A stretch of 59,127 nucleotides of DNA, filler included. It is 3 parts of 3 records of this genome, joined end to end, with 100 filler letters (N's around TTAATTAATTAA, not from the genome) between each part and the next. Parts side by side here need not be neighbours in the genome. Positions count along the whole stretch, not along the records: positions 15,629 to 41,524 come from DRR378314_1644; 2 more parts are not named here. One strand, 5' to 3'. Shown piece after piece: positions 21,687-31,406 of this stretch; position 1 is the stretch's first letter; each line of letters starts with the position of its first letter. The notes under the pieces are model-generated. The model did no database searches, was not told where the DNA came from, and worked only from the letters and a program-made list of their open reading frames with translations. Both the position numbers and the translations under genes were made by a program.

Positions 21687-22690
21687 TGGCAGTTTCAAAC
21701 CCTAAAGTACTGGTGGTTTTACTGAACTACCGGACTGCTGAAATGACCCTGCGTGCCGCTGAGGCGGCGCTGGCTGATATGCCTGCGGGGGCTGAACTGG
21801 TGATTGTCGACAATGCCTCTGGTGACGGCTCAGCCGGTGTGCTGACCAACGCCATCACTGAACGGGGATGGGATGCGCAAAGTCGTGTGCGCCTGATCCT
21901 GTCAGAGGTGAACGGCGGTTTCGGCGCAGGCAATAACCTTGGTTTTAAGGCGGGGATGTCGGATGACAGCCGCCCCGATTATTTCTATGTGCTGAACTCG
22001 GATGCCTTTCCTGATCAGGGCTGTTTGCCGCATCTGATCCAGCATTTGGAAACCACACCCAAGGCTGGCATGGTCGGCAGCCATGTGCGCGGCGAGGATG
22101 ATCAGCCCCATACAACTGCCTTTCGCTTTCCGTCCATTGCGGGCGAGTTTGAGGGGGCGGCGCGCACCGGCCCGATTACCCGTTTGCTGAAATCCTATGT
22201 TGTCGCGCCTGATTTGCCGCAGACCGCCACACAGGTGGATTGGGTGGCGGGGGCCAGCGTGTTGATGCGGGCCAGCATGCTGGATGAAATCGGCATTTTC
22301 GACGAAACCTTCTTTCTTTATTTTGAGGAAACAGACCTGTGCAAACGGGCTGCGGTGGCAGGCTGGGAATGCTGGTATCTGCCGCAGGTCGGTGTGGTGC
22401 ATATCGGGTCCGTGTCCACCGGCATGAAAGAATGGCAACGCATCCCTGATTACTGGTTCGCTTCGCGCCGGCATTACTTTGTGAAAAACCACTCTCGCGC
22501 CTATGCGGCGGCGGCTCTTCTTGCCAAACTTGCGGGGGGGGCAATCCACCACCTGCGCTGCAAGATATCTGGCGCAACGCCGCAAGATCCGCCCGGTTTT
22601 AACCGCGACCTTTTGCGTTTCGGCCTTGGCTTGCCCCTGCGCCGTGACACCCCTGTGACCCGCCGTTCCGTATCGAAGGAAAACTCATGA
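21683..22690 (+). CDS. Glycosyltransferase family 2
   Basis: VVLLNY, IVDNASGDGS, NGGFGAGNN, LNSD, FFLYFEETDLC; ATGA overlap with the PKS stop. Confidence 0.92.
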   Translation: MMAVSNPKVLVVLLNYRTAEMTLRAAEAALADMPAGAELVIVDNASGDGSAGVLTNAITERGWDAQSRVRLILSEVNGGFGAGNNLGFKAGMSDDSRPDYFYVLNSDAFPDQGCLPHLIQHLETTPKAGMVGSHVRGEDDQPHTTAFRFPSIAGEFEGAARTGPITRLLKSYVVAPDLPQTATQVDWVAGASVLMRASMLDEIGIFDETFFLYFEETDLCKRAAVAGWECWYLPQVGVVHIGSVSTGMKEWQRIPDYWFASRRHYFVKNHSRAYAAAALLAKLAGGAIHHLRCKISGATPQDPPGFNRDLLRFGLGLPLRRDTPVTRRSVSKENS

Positions 22691-25600
22691 CCGCCACCTT
22701 CAATCCTCAAGCCTTTGATGCCCTTTTGATGGGCGATGAATCCCTGACCATTGCCTGTGGTGATATGATGTTGGCGGGCGGACATCGCCTGTCGGCGGTG
22801 ATTACCCGTGATGCCACGGTGCGCAACTGGGCCGAAGACAAAGGGCTGCCGGTCTTTGATCAGGCCAAGGAAATAGTGGGGGCCGGCCTTGCTGCGGATT
22901 GGTTGCTGTCCATTGCCAACCTGCGGATGATCCCGGCAGATGTGCTGGCGGTACCCACCAAGGGCGCGATTAACTTTCACGATGGTCCTTTGCCGCGCTA
23001 TGCAGGGCTGAACACCCCGGCATGGGCGGTGATCAACGGCGAGACCTCTCATGGCGTCAGCTGGCACATGATCGAGGGTGGCGTGGATGAGGGTGACCTG
23101 CTCGCGCAAAAAGAGGTGGCAATTGCGGCGGATGAGACGGCGTTCAGTCTGAACTCCAAATGTTACGCTGCCGGGATGGAGAGCTTTGCCCGCGTCCTGT
23201 CCCAATTAGAAACCGGTGGCTTGGAGCGCACACCTCAAGACCTGAGCCAGCGCAGCTATTTTGCCCGCGATCAGCGGCCTGAAAATATGGGTGTGCTGAA
23301 TTTCGACAAAGCTGCGGCACAGTTGGATGCATTGGTGCGGGGGCTGGATTTCGGCACCTATTGGAACCCGCTGGGCACAGCCAAACTTGCCCTTGAAAAT
23401 GCGTTTTACAGTATTGGCGGGCTTGAGCCCGTCGCGGGGCAGAGCGGTGCCGCAGGCGAGGTTCTGGCGGTTGATGCAAAGAGCGTCACAATTGCCACTG
23501 CGACCACCGCTGTGCGGCTGCGTGGATTGACCACATTGGACGGCACATCGGTGAACCCGACCAGCCTATGTGCGGTTGGCGATGTTTTGGCGTCGGCAGA
23601 TCTGCCTGAGCTGGAGGTCAAGGACGAAGCCATCTGGCGCAGCGCCCTGAGCAAGACGGCACCGGTTCCCGCCCCCTTTGTGACGGCGCAATCCGGCGAT
23701 GCAAATTGGGGGCAGCGGGCATTGTCGCTGCCTGCCGGGCTGTCTGCTGCGCAGGTAATCACTGCCGCATCCGTGGTCCTGTTGAATGGGGTCGAGGCCG
23801 GGCAGGGTGTGTTTGCATTGAAGTCGGCAAACACCCACCGGTTGGCCGCTGACTGGGTTCCACTGCGCATCGCCGCAGATGGCGCAGACGCTGTGCAAAC
23901 AGTGCATGATGCCGTGGCCCGCCAGCTGGAACGTGCGCAATCCTCTGCCGGTATGGCGCAGGACTTGCTGTCCCGCGATCCGGCGATCGTCGCGCAGGGC
24001 CAGCCGCAGATCGGTTTCTCGCTGGCGGCTGAACCTGTTGCATCCGCTGCGTTGACCTTGTGTCATGACGGCAAAGCGGCGCAGCTGATCTATGATAAAT
24101 CACGCCTGAGCGATGCGGCACTTGATCTGATCTCTGCCCGTATCGAAGCGGCGGCTACTGCCCTTGCCAATGCGCAACGCTGCGACGAACTGCGCCAGAT
24201 GCCCGCAAGCGAAGCGGCGCTGTTGCAAGGCTGGAACGCCACCGAGCGTGCCTATACCCCCAGCACCATCCATGCGGCATTTGAGGCACAGGTGGTGCGG
24301 ACCCCAGAAAGCGAAGCAATTGTTTTCGAAGGCGGAAGCCTTTCTTACGCGGCGCTGGATGCCCGCGCGAACAAACTGGCCCATGTGCTGCGTGCCCAAG
24401 GGGCCAGACCCGGCACACCCATCGGCTTGTTCACCACACGTGGCCTTGATCTGCTGGTCGGTGCGCTGGGCATCCTCAAGGCGGGCGGGGCTTATGTGCC
24501 GCTTGATCCGGCCTATCCTGCGGACCGCATCGCGCATTACATCAGCGACAGCGCCGCACCGTTGATTGTGACGCAAAGCGGCTTGGCCGCACAGCTGCCC
24601 GCCCATAGCGCAGAGGTTATTGCACTGGACAGTGATCCGCGTATCGCGGCGGCCCCTGAGGCAGAGCTTGAGGCTACGGCGACGCCTGATGATCTGGCCT
24701 ATCTGATCTATACTTCCGGTTCCACCGGCACGCCCAAGGGCGTTATGGTCAGCCACGGCAATGTCGCGAACTTCTTTGCCGGGATGGATGATCGCATCGA
24801 CCATGAGGCCGGCGCGGTCTGGCTTGCTGTCACCTCGCTCAGCTTTGATATTTCGGTGCTGGAACTGTTCTGGACCCTTGCACGCGGGTTCAAACTGGTG
24901 CTGGCCGGGGATGAAGCGCGCACTATGGTGTCAAACGGACCCATCGCCGTTTCGGATCGCAAGGTCGATTTTAACCTGATGTATTGGGGCAATGACGATG
25001 GTGTCGGCCCCAAGAAATACGAACTGCTGCTGGAAGGTGCCAAATTCGCGGATGCCAATGGGTTCAACGCGGTCTGGACGCCAGAACGGCATTTCCATGC
25101 CTTTGGTGGTCCTTACCCCAACCCGTCGGTGACCGGCGCAGCGGTGGCTGCGGTGACGCAGAACCTTTCGGTACGTGCCGGGTCTTGCGTGGCGCCGCTG
25201 CACCATCCCGCGCGGATTGCTGAAGAATGGGCGGTGATCGACAATCTGACCAACGGGCGGGTTGGCCTTGCCATCGCCAGCGGCTGGCAGCCGGATGATT
25301 TTGTGCTGCGCCCGGAAAACACACCACCCGCCAACAAGCCCGCGATGTATGCGGCCATCGACCAGCTGCGCCAGATGTGGCGCGGCGAGCCGGTGGAGTT
25401 TCCTAAACAGGACGGCACCATGCACGCTGTTGTCACCCAACCGCGCCCGGTGTCCAAGGAACTCCCGGTCTGGGTGACCACGGCGGGCAATCCGCAGACC
25501 TGGAAAGAGGCGGGCGAGATTGGCGCAAATGTGCTGACCCATCTTCTGGGGCAATCGATTGAAGAGGTCGCGGGCAAGATCAAGATCTATCATCAGGCTT

Positions 25601-27240
25601 TGCGTGATGCGGGCCATGATCCGGCGGATTTCACCGTGACCCTGATGCTGCACAGCTATCTGGCCGAGACTCGTGAACAGGCGGAAGATATCGCGCGGGG
25701 GCCGATGAAGGATTACCTGCGCTCTGCCGCTGCCTTGATCAAGCAATACGCCTGGGCGTTTCCTGCGTTCAAACGGCCTGAAGGCACGTCAAACGCCTTT
25801 GATCTGGACCTTGAAGGGGTGTCAGAGGACGAACTTGACGCGATCCTTGAATTCGCCTTCCTGCGTTATTTCAACGACAGCGGTCTATTCGGCACCGTGG
25901 CCGATGGCGTGGCGCGGGTCGAACAGCTGAAGATGATCGGCGTGGATGAGGTGGCCTGTCTGATCGACTATGGCATTGATCCGGCGCTGGTCATGGACGG
26001 GCTCAAGCCGCTGGCTGAGGTGCTGCGCCTGTCCAATCAGGGCACGGTTCTGGCAGAGGATGATTTCTCGCTTGCGGCACAGATTGTCCGCCACAAGGTC
26101 AGCCACCTGCAATGCACCCCGTCGATGGCACAGATGTTGGTCTCCAACGATGGTGCACGGGCGGCGCTGGGTCAGGTGAAACATCTGATGGTGGGTGGTG
26201 AAGCTTTGCCCGGGTCGCTGGTCAGCGCGTTGCAATCGGCCAGCGGTGCCAGCCTGCAAAATATGTACGGTCCAACGGAAACGACGATCTGGTCGACCAC
26301 CCAGATGATCAAAGATGCGGCGGATGCGACCGCCCCGATTGGCACGCCGATTGCAAATACACAGGCCTTCATCCTTGATGATAAGATGCGCCCGCAACCC
26401 ATTGGTATTGAAGGAGAGTTATGGATTGGCGGTGATGGCGTCACGCAGGGGTATTGGCAGCGCCCCAAGCTGAGTGACGAACGGTTTGTGGACAACCCCT
26501 TTGGTGCGGGCAAGCTCTATCGTACCGGCGATTTGGCGACATGGGATGCGACTGGTACGTTGCATTTTGCAGGCCGCGCCGATGCGCAAGTCAAGATACG
26601 CGGCCACCGGATCGAGCTGGGCGAGATCGAGGCACGGCTGGCCGAATTGCCCGGCGTTACCCAAGCGGTTGTCACCACTGTCGAGGCCTTTGGCAGCGAC
26701 CATCTGGTGGGATATGTCACATCACCAACACCGCTGGACCCGGAGCAGGCCAAGGTGGCGCTTACAGAAGTGCTGCCCGCGATCATGGTGCCGACCTACT
26801 ATGTCACGCTTGATGCCATGCCGCTGACGCCAAACAAGAAAATCGACCGCAAGGCCTTGCCACTGCCCGAACGCCGTCAGACACCGCGTGATGATGCCCC
26901 AAGCGCGCCTGCCAATGCGACACAGGCGACCATCAGCGAGGTTTGGACACGGCTGTTGGGGGTTGCTGATATCCGGGGCGAGGATAACTTCTTTGGTCTG
27001 GGCGGGCACTCCCTGCTGGCCGTGCAGGCGCACCGCGATATCAAGACGGCACTTGGCAGTGACAGCCTTTCGATCACCGATATTTTTCGTTTCCCCACAC
27101 TTGCAGGGTTGGCCGGGCATATCGACAAGGGGACCGGTGGGGCCGCCCCGGCAGCGGTTGCCCCTGCGCAGCCCGCCGCAACAGAGGCGATTTCGAAACG
27201 CCGCGCCATGCGGGCGGGACGCAGCAAGTCGGGTGCATGA
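22687..27240 (+). CDS. NRPS-like protein: formyltransferase, degenerate linker/C-like region, adenylation domain interrupted by a MupA/Atu3671-type luciferase-like monooxygenase, and T domain
   Basis: Formyltransferase: INFHDGPLPRYAG...GVDEGD. A3 YTSGSTGTPKG, A4 SFDISV. LLM insert about 24955-26035 (WTPERHFHAFGGPYPNP, GRVGLAIASGW). Then A5 NMYGPTETTIW, A6, A7 YRTGDL, A8 GRADAQVKIRGHRIELGEIE and A10 NKKIDR. T: FFGLGGHSL. Confidence 0.93.
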   Translation: MTATFNPQAFDALLMGDESLTIACGDMMLAGGHRLSAVITRDATVRNWAEDKGLPVFDQAKEIVGAGLAADWLLSIANLRMIPADVLAVPTKGAINFHDGPLPRYAGLNTPAWAVINGETSHGVSWHMIEGGVDEGDLLAQKEVAIAADETAFSLNSKCYAAGMESFARVLSQLETGGLERTPQDLSQRSYFARDQRPENMGVLNFDKAAAQLDALVRGLDFGTYWNPLGTAKLALENAFYSIGGLEPVAGQSGAAGEVLAVDAKSVTIATATTAVRLRGLTTLDGTSVNPTSLCAVGDVLASADLPELEVKDEAIWRSALSKTAPVPAPFVTAQSGDANWGQRALSLPAGLSAAQVITAASVVLLNGVEAGQGVFALKSANTHRLAADWVPLRIAADGADAVQTVHDAVARQLERAQSSAGMAQDLLSRDPAIVAQGQPQIGFSLAAEPVASAALTLCHDGKAAQLIYDKSRLSDAALDLISARIEAAATALANAQRCDELRQMPASEAALLQGWNATERAYTPSTIHAAFEAQVVRTPESEAIVFEGGSLSYAALDARANKLAHVLRAQGARPGTPIGLFTTRGLDLLVGALGILKAGGAYVPLDPAYPADRIAHYISDSAAPLIVTQSGLAAQLPAHSAEVIALDSDPRIAAAPEAELEATATPDDLAYLIYTSGSTGTPKGVMVSHGNVANFFAGMDDRIDHEAGAVWLAVTSLSFDISVLELFWTLARGFKLVLAGDEARTMVSNGPIAVSDRKVDFNLMYWGNDDGVGPKKYELLLEGAKFADANGFNAVWTPERHFHAFGGPYPNPSVTGAAVAAVTQNLSVRAGSCVAPLHHPARIAEEWAVIDNLTNGRVGLAIASGWQPDDFVLRPENTPPANKPAMYAAIDQLRQMWRGEPVEFPKQDGTMHAVVTQPRPVSKELPVWVTTAGNPQTWKEAGEIGANVLTHLLGQSIEEVAGKIKIYHQALRDAGHDPADFTVTLMLHSYLAETREQAEDIARGPMKDYLRSAAALIKQYAWAFPAFKRPEGTSNAFDLDLEGVSEDELDAILEFAFLRYFNDSGLFGTVADGVARVEQLKMIGVDEVACLIDYGIDPALVMDGLKPLAEVLRLSNQGTVLAEDDFSLAAQIVRHKVSHLQCTPSMAQMLVSNDGARAALGQVKHLMVGGEALPGSLVSALQSASGASLQNMYGPTETTIWSTTQMIKDAADATAPIGTPIANTQAFILDDKMRPQPIGIEGELWIGGDGVTQGYWQRPKLSDERFVDNPFGAGKLYRTGDLATWDATGTLHFAGRADAQVKIRGHRIELGEIEARLAELPGVTQAVVTTVEAFGSDHLVGYVTSPTPLDPEQAKVALTEVLPAIMVPTYYVTLDAMPLTPNKKIDRKALPLPERRQTPRDDAPSAPANATQATISEVWTRLLGVADIRGEDNFFGLGGHSLLAVQAHRDIKTALGSDSLSITDIFRFPTLAGLAGHIDKGTGGAAPAAVAPAQPAATEAISKRRAMRAGRSKSGA

Positions 27241-27944
27241 GCATCATGCCGGGGGCGGTGCATCGGGCGCAGACGCAGGCCGTGATTGCCGCGCTGTTTG
27301 ACGATGCGCATGATATCTCTGTGGCGGTTGGGGTGCGTGATCCACGGGCCCCACAACCGCCGACCCTCGCCGATGAGGCGGCCCATCTGCGACAGGCGCT
27401 TGAACCGCGCCAACGGGAGTTTGCCGCAGGACGGGCCGCGGCGCGGGATGCGATGGCGCAGCTGGGCCTTGACCCTATGGCCATTCCCGCAGCCGCAGAT
27501 CGCGCGCCCCTTTGGCCGCAGGGGGTTCGGGGCAGCATTTCGCATAGCAACTCACTTTGTGCTGCGGTACTTACCCGTGATGCGGCATCGCTGGGCGTTG
27601 ATATCGAAGCAGACATGCCGCTGGATGCGGATCTGCTGTCCACCATCTGTTCAGATCACGAGCAAGCCCGTATCGCCGGACCGGACCAGCTTTGGCTGGC
27701 GAAACTGATCTTTTCCGCCAAAGAAGCCAGCTATAAGGCGCAATACCCGCTGACGCAGATGCTGTTTGGCTTTGACCATCTCGACGTGGCGCTGGACTTG
27801 CCGGGGCGGGCATTTACCGCAACTTTCCTGAAACCGGCGGGGGATTTCGTGGCGGGCGACAAACTGCCCGGGCGGTTCGATCAATTTCAGGGTCACCTTG
27901 TCACGGCAGCTTGGGCTGATAAATCTTTGTTCAAAGGAGCCTGA
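27237..27944 (+). CDS. 4'-phosphopantetheinyl transferase (EntD/Sfp type)
   Basis: EFAAGRAAAR, PLWPQGVRGSISHS, LGVDIE, FSAKEASYKA; ATGA overlap with the NRPS stop. Confidence 0.92.
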   Translation: MSIMPGAVHRAQTQAVIAALFDDAHDISVAVGVRDPRAPQPPTLADEAAHLRQALEPRQREFAAGRAAARDAMAQLGLDPMAIPAAADRAPLWPQGVRGSISHSNSLCAAVLTRDAASLGVDIEADMPLDADLLSTICSDHEQARIAGPDQLWLAKLIFSAKEASYKAQYPLTQMLFGFDHLDVALDLPGRAFTATFLKPAGDFVAGDKLPGRFDQFQGHLVTAAWADKSLFKGA

Positions 27945-27948
27945 GTTG

Positions 27949-28893
27949 ATGCCGTTATTTACCCGTCGTGCTGCCCTTGGTCTTTTGACAGTGGCGCTTG
28001 GAATCGGTGGCTACAGCTATGTTCGCCGCCAGCAACAGGCCAGGTTGGTCCAGTCATTTTATGATCAGCCCTTGCCCAAGCCGGAAGGCGGGTTGCAGGT
28101 CTACCATCTGGGGCATTCTCTGGTGGGGCGCGACATGCCTGCGATGCTGGCGCAGCTGGCGGGTGCGGGGCACACTTACGACAGTCAGCTGGGCTGGGGC
28201 ACCTCCTTGATGCAGCATTGGGAGCCGGATCAGCCGGTCAACGGGTTTGACGTGGAAAACGATCATCCCCGGTTTCGCGCGGTGGAAGGGGCGCTGGCTT
28301 CTGGCAGCTATGACGCCTTGGTGCTGACCGAGATGGTCGAGATCGAAGACGCCATCCGCTATCACGACAGCGCTGACTATCTGGCGAAATGGACGACGCT
28401 GGCACGGGACAGCAACCCGCAGATACGGATCTATCTTTATGAAACCTGGCATCACACCAATGATGCGGCGGGCTGGTTGACACGGATTGACGCGGATTTG
28501 AAAAAGTTTTGGCAGGGGCAGATCATCCATCCGGCCATGGCCAAGACCGATGCGCCGATCCACCTGATCCCTGCCGGTCAGGTGATGGCGGCCTTTATCC
28601 GTGCGCTCACGGCGCTGGGTGGTCTGGACGGGGTGACGGGGGCGGATGATCTGATGGCCGGAAATGCGGATGGCACTGCTGACACCATCCACCTGAATGA
28701 TCTGGGGGCCTATCTGGTGGCACTGACCCATTACGCGGTGCTTTATCACCGCTCGCCCGAGGGGTTGCCCTTTGCATTGAACCGCGCTGATGGCACACTG
28801 GCGGACGCGCCATCGCCCGCGGTGGCGGCCTTGATGCAGCGCAGCGTTTGGGAGGTGGTCCAGCGCCACCCGGAAACAGGAGTAGCGGCATGA
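27949..28893 (+). CDS. SGNH/GDSL-like hydrolase-fold protein with twin-arginine N-terminal anchor
   Basis: AGGAG RBS at 27935-27939; MPLFTRRAALGLLTVALGIGG leader; block I-like GHSL and block V-like DTIH. Confidence 0.65.
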   Translation: MPLFTRRAALGLLTVALGIGGYSYVRRQQQARLVQSFYDQPLPKPEGGLQVYHLGHSLVGRDMPAMLAQLAGAGHTYDSQLGWGTSLMQHWEPDQPVNGFDVENDHPRFRAVEGALASGSYDALVLTEMVEIEDAIRYHDSADYLAKWTTLARDSNPQIRIYLYETWHHTNDAAGWLTRIDADLKKFWQGQIIHPAMAKTDAPIHLIPAGQVMAAFIRALTALGGLDGVTGADDLMAGNADGTADTIHLNDLGAYLVALTHYAVLYHRSPEGLPFALNRADGTLADAPSPAVAALMQRSVWEVVQRHPETGVAA

Positions 28894-31406
28894 CCGGTTT
28901 GGCGACATTGTTTTCAGTGCTGATGGTCGGCCACAGCCTGTTTGGCCCAACGGGGCCCAGTATGCTGGAACAGGCGCTGCTGGCGGGCACCGGCGATGCA
29001 AAGGTTCAGGCGCAGATCATCAACGGGGCACCGCTGCGCTATAATTGGGAGAAATCCGACACAGCCGAAGGAGTTGACGCCCGCGCGGTGCTGCCTGCAG
29101 GGGGCATCAGCCATCTGATCCTGACCGAAGCGGTGCCATTGGAGAACCACACGCAGTTTTCCGAGACAGATGTTTACGCGCAGGCCTTTGCCGGTCTGGC
29201 GACCGCTGCCAATCCGAAGGCACATATCTATGTGCAGGAAACATGGCACAGTTTGAAAAGCGGCACTGGTGAAGCGGTGGAACATGATGCCAAGGCGGAT
29301 ATTCCCTGGCGGGTCCGGCTGGATCAGGATTTGCCGGTCTGGGAAAATATCGTGGCACAGATTGCGGCGGGCACCCGTGCGCAGACCGCTACGGTTTCGC
29401 TGATCCCGGCGGGACAGGCGATGGCACGGTTACATGCTGAAATTGCGGCGGGGCAGGTGGCGGGGATCACGGATATTGCCGCACTTTTTGACGATGACAT
29501 CCACCTCAATGACACGGGCCATTACTTTGTGGCAATGGTGCAATATGCGACGCTGACGGGGCAATCTCCCCTCGGCCTGCCGGTCGATTTCAAAGACCGG
29601 TTTGGCAAGGCCTATGACACCCCGGATGAGGATACGGCCCGTATTTTACAAGCCATCGCATGGGGGGCGGTGCAGGCCTATGGCACCCTGCCTGCAAAAC
29701 CGGTTTCCCTGACAAAAACAACGGGGCGTGCCAGCATGGCCCCTGCGGCACCGACCGGCCCGCCGAAAGACCTGAGCCTGCCCCCTGAAGGGGCGGTGCA
29801 GGGCAGTAACGCTGTAGCGATCGGTTTGGCCTCTGTCGCGGATTGGAGCACGCAACTGCCCTTCCTGGATCTGATGAAAACCGCGCGCCCCTGGATCGGC
29901 CATAAGGCGGGCCAATGGGGCGGTATGGAGCGGGCGCAGATGCGCGCAGAAGGGGTTCTGGATGCTGATGGCTGGCCGCTGAAAATGCCGCGTAGTCTGG
30001 GCAGTATTGGCACATTGATCCTGACCGACATGCCCGAAGCGGCCACATCGTTGAAAGGGCGTTACCGGCTGAAGTTTGACGGGAAAGGCGTGATCGAAGT
30101 TTCAGGGCGTGCTGAAAAGGTGCGCTATGGGAAGGGAGAGGTCACATTTGACTACACACCGGGGCCGGGCAGTGTCGACATTCGCATCCAGCGCATCAAC
30201 ACCACCAACCCGCCACGCAACATCAGCGTGGTGCATGGTGACAATATCCGGCGTTTTGATCAGGGCGCGATATTCAACCCCGCATGGACCGCCCGCATTG
30301 GGCAGTTTCGTGCGTTGCGGTTTATGGACTGGGCAGAAACCAATAACAGTACGCTGTCGGATTGGGCCGAACGGCCGCAGGTCGATGACGTCACCTATGT
30401 GGACGGGGTGCCGGTTGAGGTGATGATTTATCTGGCCAATGAGTTGGAGAATGATGCGTGGTTCAACATGCCCCATCTGGCGGATGATGCCTTTATCCGC
30501 GCCTATGCCGAACTGGTCCGCGACAGGCTGGACCCGGAATTGACCGCCTATGTCGAGTTTTCGAATGAGGTGTGGAACTGGCAATTCTCACAGGCGGTCT
30601 GGGCGGATGAAAGCGGCTTGGCCCGCTGGGGCGAAAAGGACAAATGGATGCAGTACTACGGGCTGCGGGGCGCCGAAGTGGCACGGATCTGGTCAGAGGT
30701 TTTTGCCGGGGAGCCAGAGGATCGGCTGGTCAATGTGGTCTCTTCACAGACCGGTTGGCTGGGCTTGGAGAGTGAAGTCTTCACCGCGCCATTGGCCGTG
30801 GCCGAAGGGCTGGCAGCGCCGGTTGACGCCTTTGATGCCTATGCGGTCACAGGGTATTTTGGCGGGGTTCTGGGTTTGGAGGACCGTCAGGAGATGGTGA
30901 AAACTTGGTTGGCGGACAGTGCTGCTAAGGCGCAAGCTCAGGCAGAGGCGCAGGGGCTCACGGGGGAGGCGTTGCAGACCTATATCGCCACGCACCGCTT
31001 TGACCATGCCACTGAATTGGCAGAGCGCGAGTTGATGAACGGCAGCGTCAGCGGCAACCCCGAGGATACCTTGCAGGATCTGATTGGCCGCGTGTTGCCG
31101 CATCACGCGCAGGTGGCCCGTGCGCATAACCTTGATCTGGTGATGTATGAGGGGGGCACCCATATCGTCGGCATTGGCGGTTTGGTCGAGGATACGGATT
31201 TGACCGAATTTATGCATCACCTGAATTATTCTGCCGCAATGGGCCGTCTTTATAGGGCGCTGCTGGATGGCTGGAAAGCGGTCGGTGGACAGTTGTTCAA
31301 TGCCTATTCAGATGTCTACGCACCGACAAAATGGGGCTCCTGGGGGGCGCTGCGCCATCTGGATGACAGCAACCCGCGCTGGGATGCATTGGTCGATTTC
31401 CAATGA
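28890..31406 (+). CDS. Two-domain protein: SGNH-like domain (paralog of upstream gene), Pro/Ala linker, putative carbohydrate-active TIM barrel
   Basis: N-terminal VGHSL...YVQETWH...LIPAGQAMA...DDIHLND. C-terminal RFMDW, YVEFSNEVWN, LVMYEGGTH, KWGSWG. ATGA overlaps at both ends. Confidence 0.7.
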   Translation: MTGLATLFSVLMVGHSLFGPTGPSMLEQALLAGTGDAKVQAQIINGAPLRYNWEKSDTAEGVDARAVLPAGGISHLILTEAVPLENHTQFSETDVYAQAFAGLATAANPKAHIYVQETWHSLKSGTGEAVEHDAKADIPWRVRLDQDLPVWENIVAQIAAGTRAQTATVSLIPAGQAMARLHAEIAAGQVAGITDIAALFDDDIHLNDTGHYFVAMVQYATLTGQSPLGLPVDFKDRFGKAYDTPDEDTARILQAIAWGAVQAYGTLPAKPVSLTKTTGRASMAPAAPTGPPKDLSLPPEGAVQGSNAVAIGLASVADWSTQLPFLDLMKTARPWIGHKAGQWGGMERAQMRAEGVLDADGWPLKMPRSLGSIGTLILTDMPEAATSLKGRYRLKFDGKGVIEVSGRAEKVRYGKGEVTFDYTPGPGSVDIRIQRINTTNPPRNISVVHGDNIRRFDQGAIFNPAWTARIGQFRALRFMDWAETNNSTLSDWAERPQVDDVTYVDGVPVEVMIYLANELENDAWFNMPHLADDAFIRAYAELVRDRLDPELTAYVEFSNEVWNWQFSQAVWADESGLARWGEKDKWMQYYGLRGAEVARIWSEVFAGEPEDRLVNVVSSQTGWLGLESEVFTAPLAVAEGLAAPVDAFDAYAVTGYFGGVLGLEDRQEMVKTWLADSAAKAQAQAEAQGLTGEALQTYIATHRFDHATELAERELMNGSVSGNPEDTLQDLIGRVLPHHAQVARAHNLDLVMYEGGTHIVGIGGLVEDTDLTEFMHHLNYSAAMGRLYRALLDGWKAVGGQLFNAYSDVYAPTKWGSWGALRHLDDSNPRWDALVDFQ

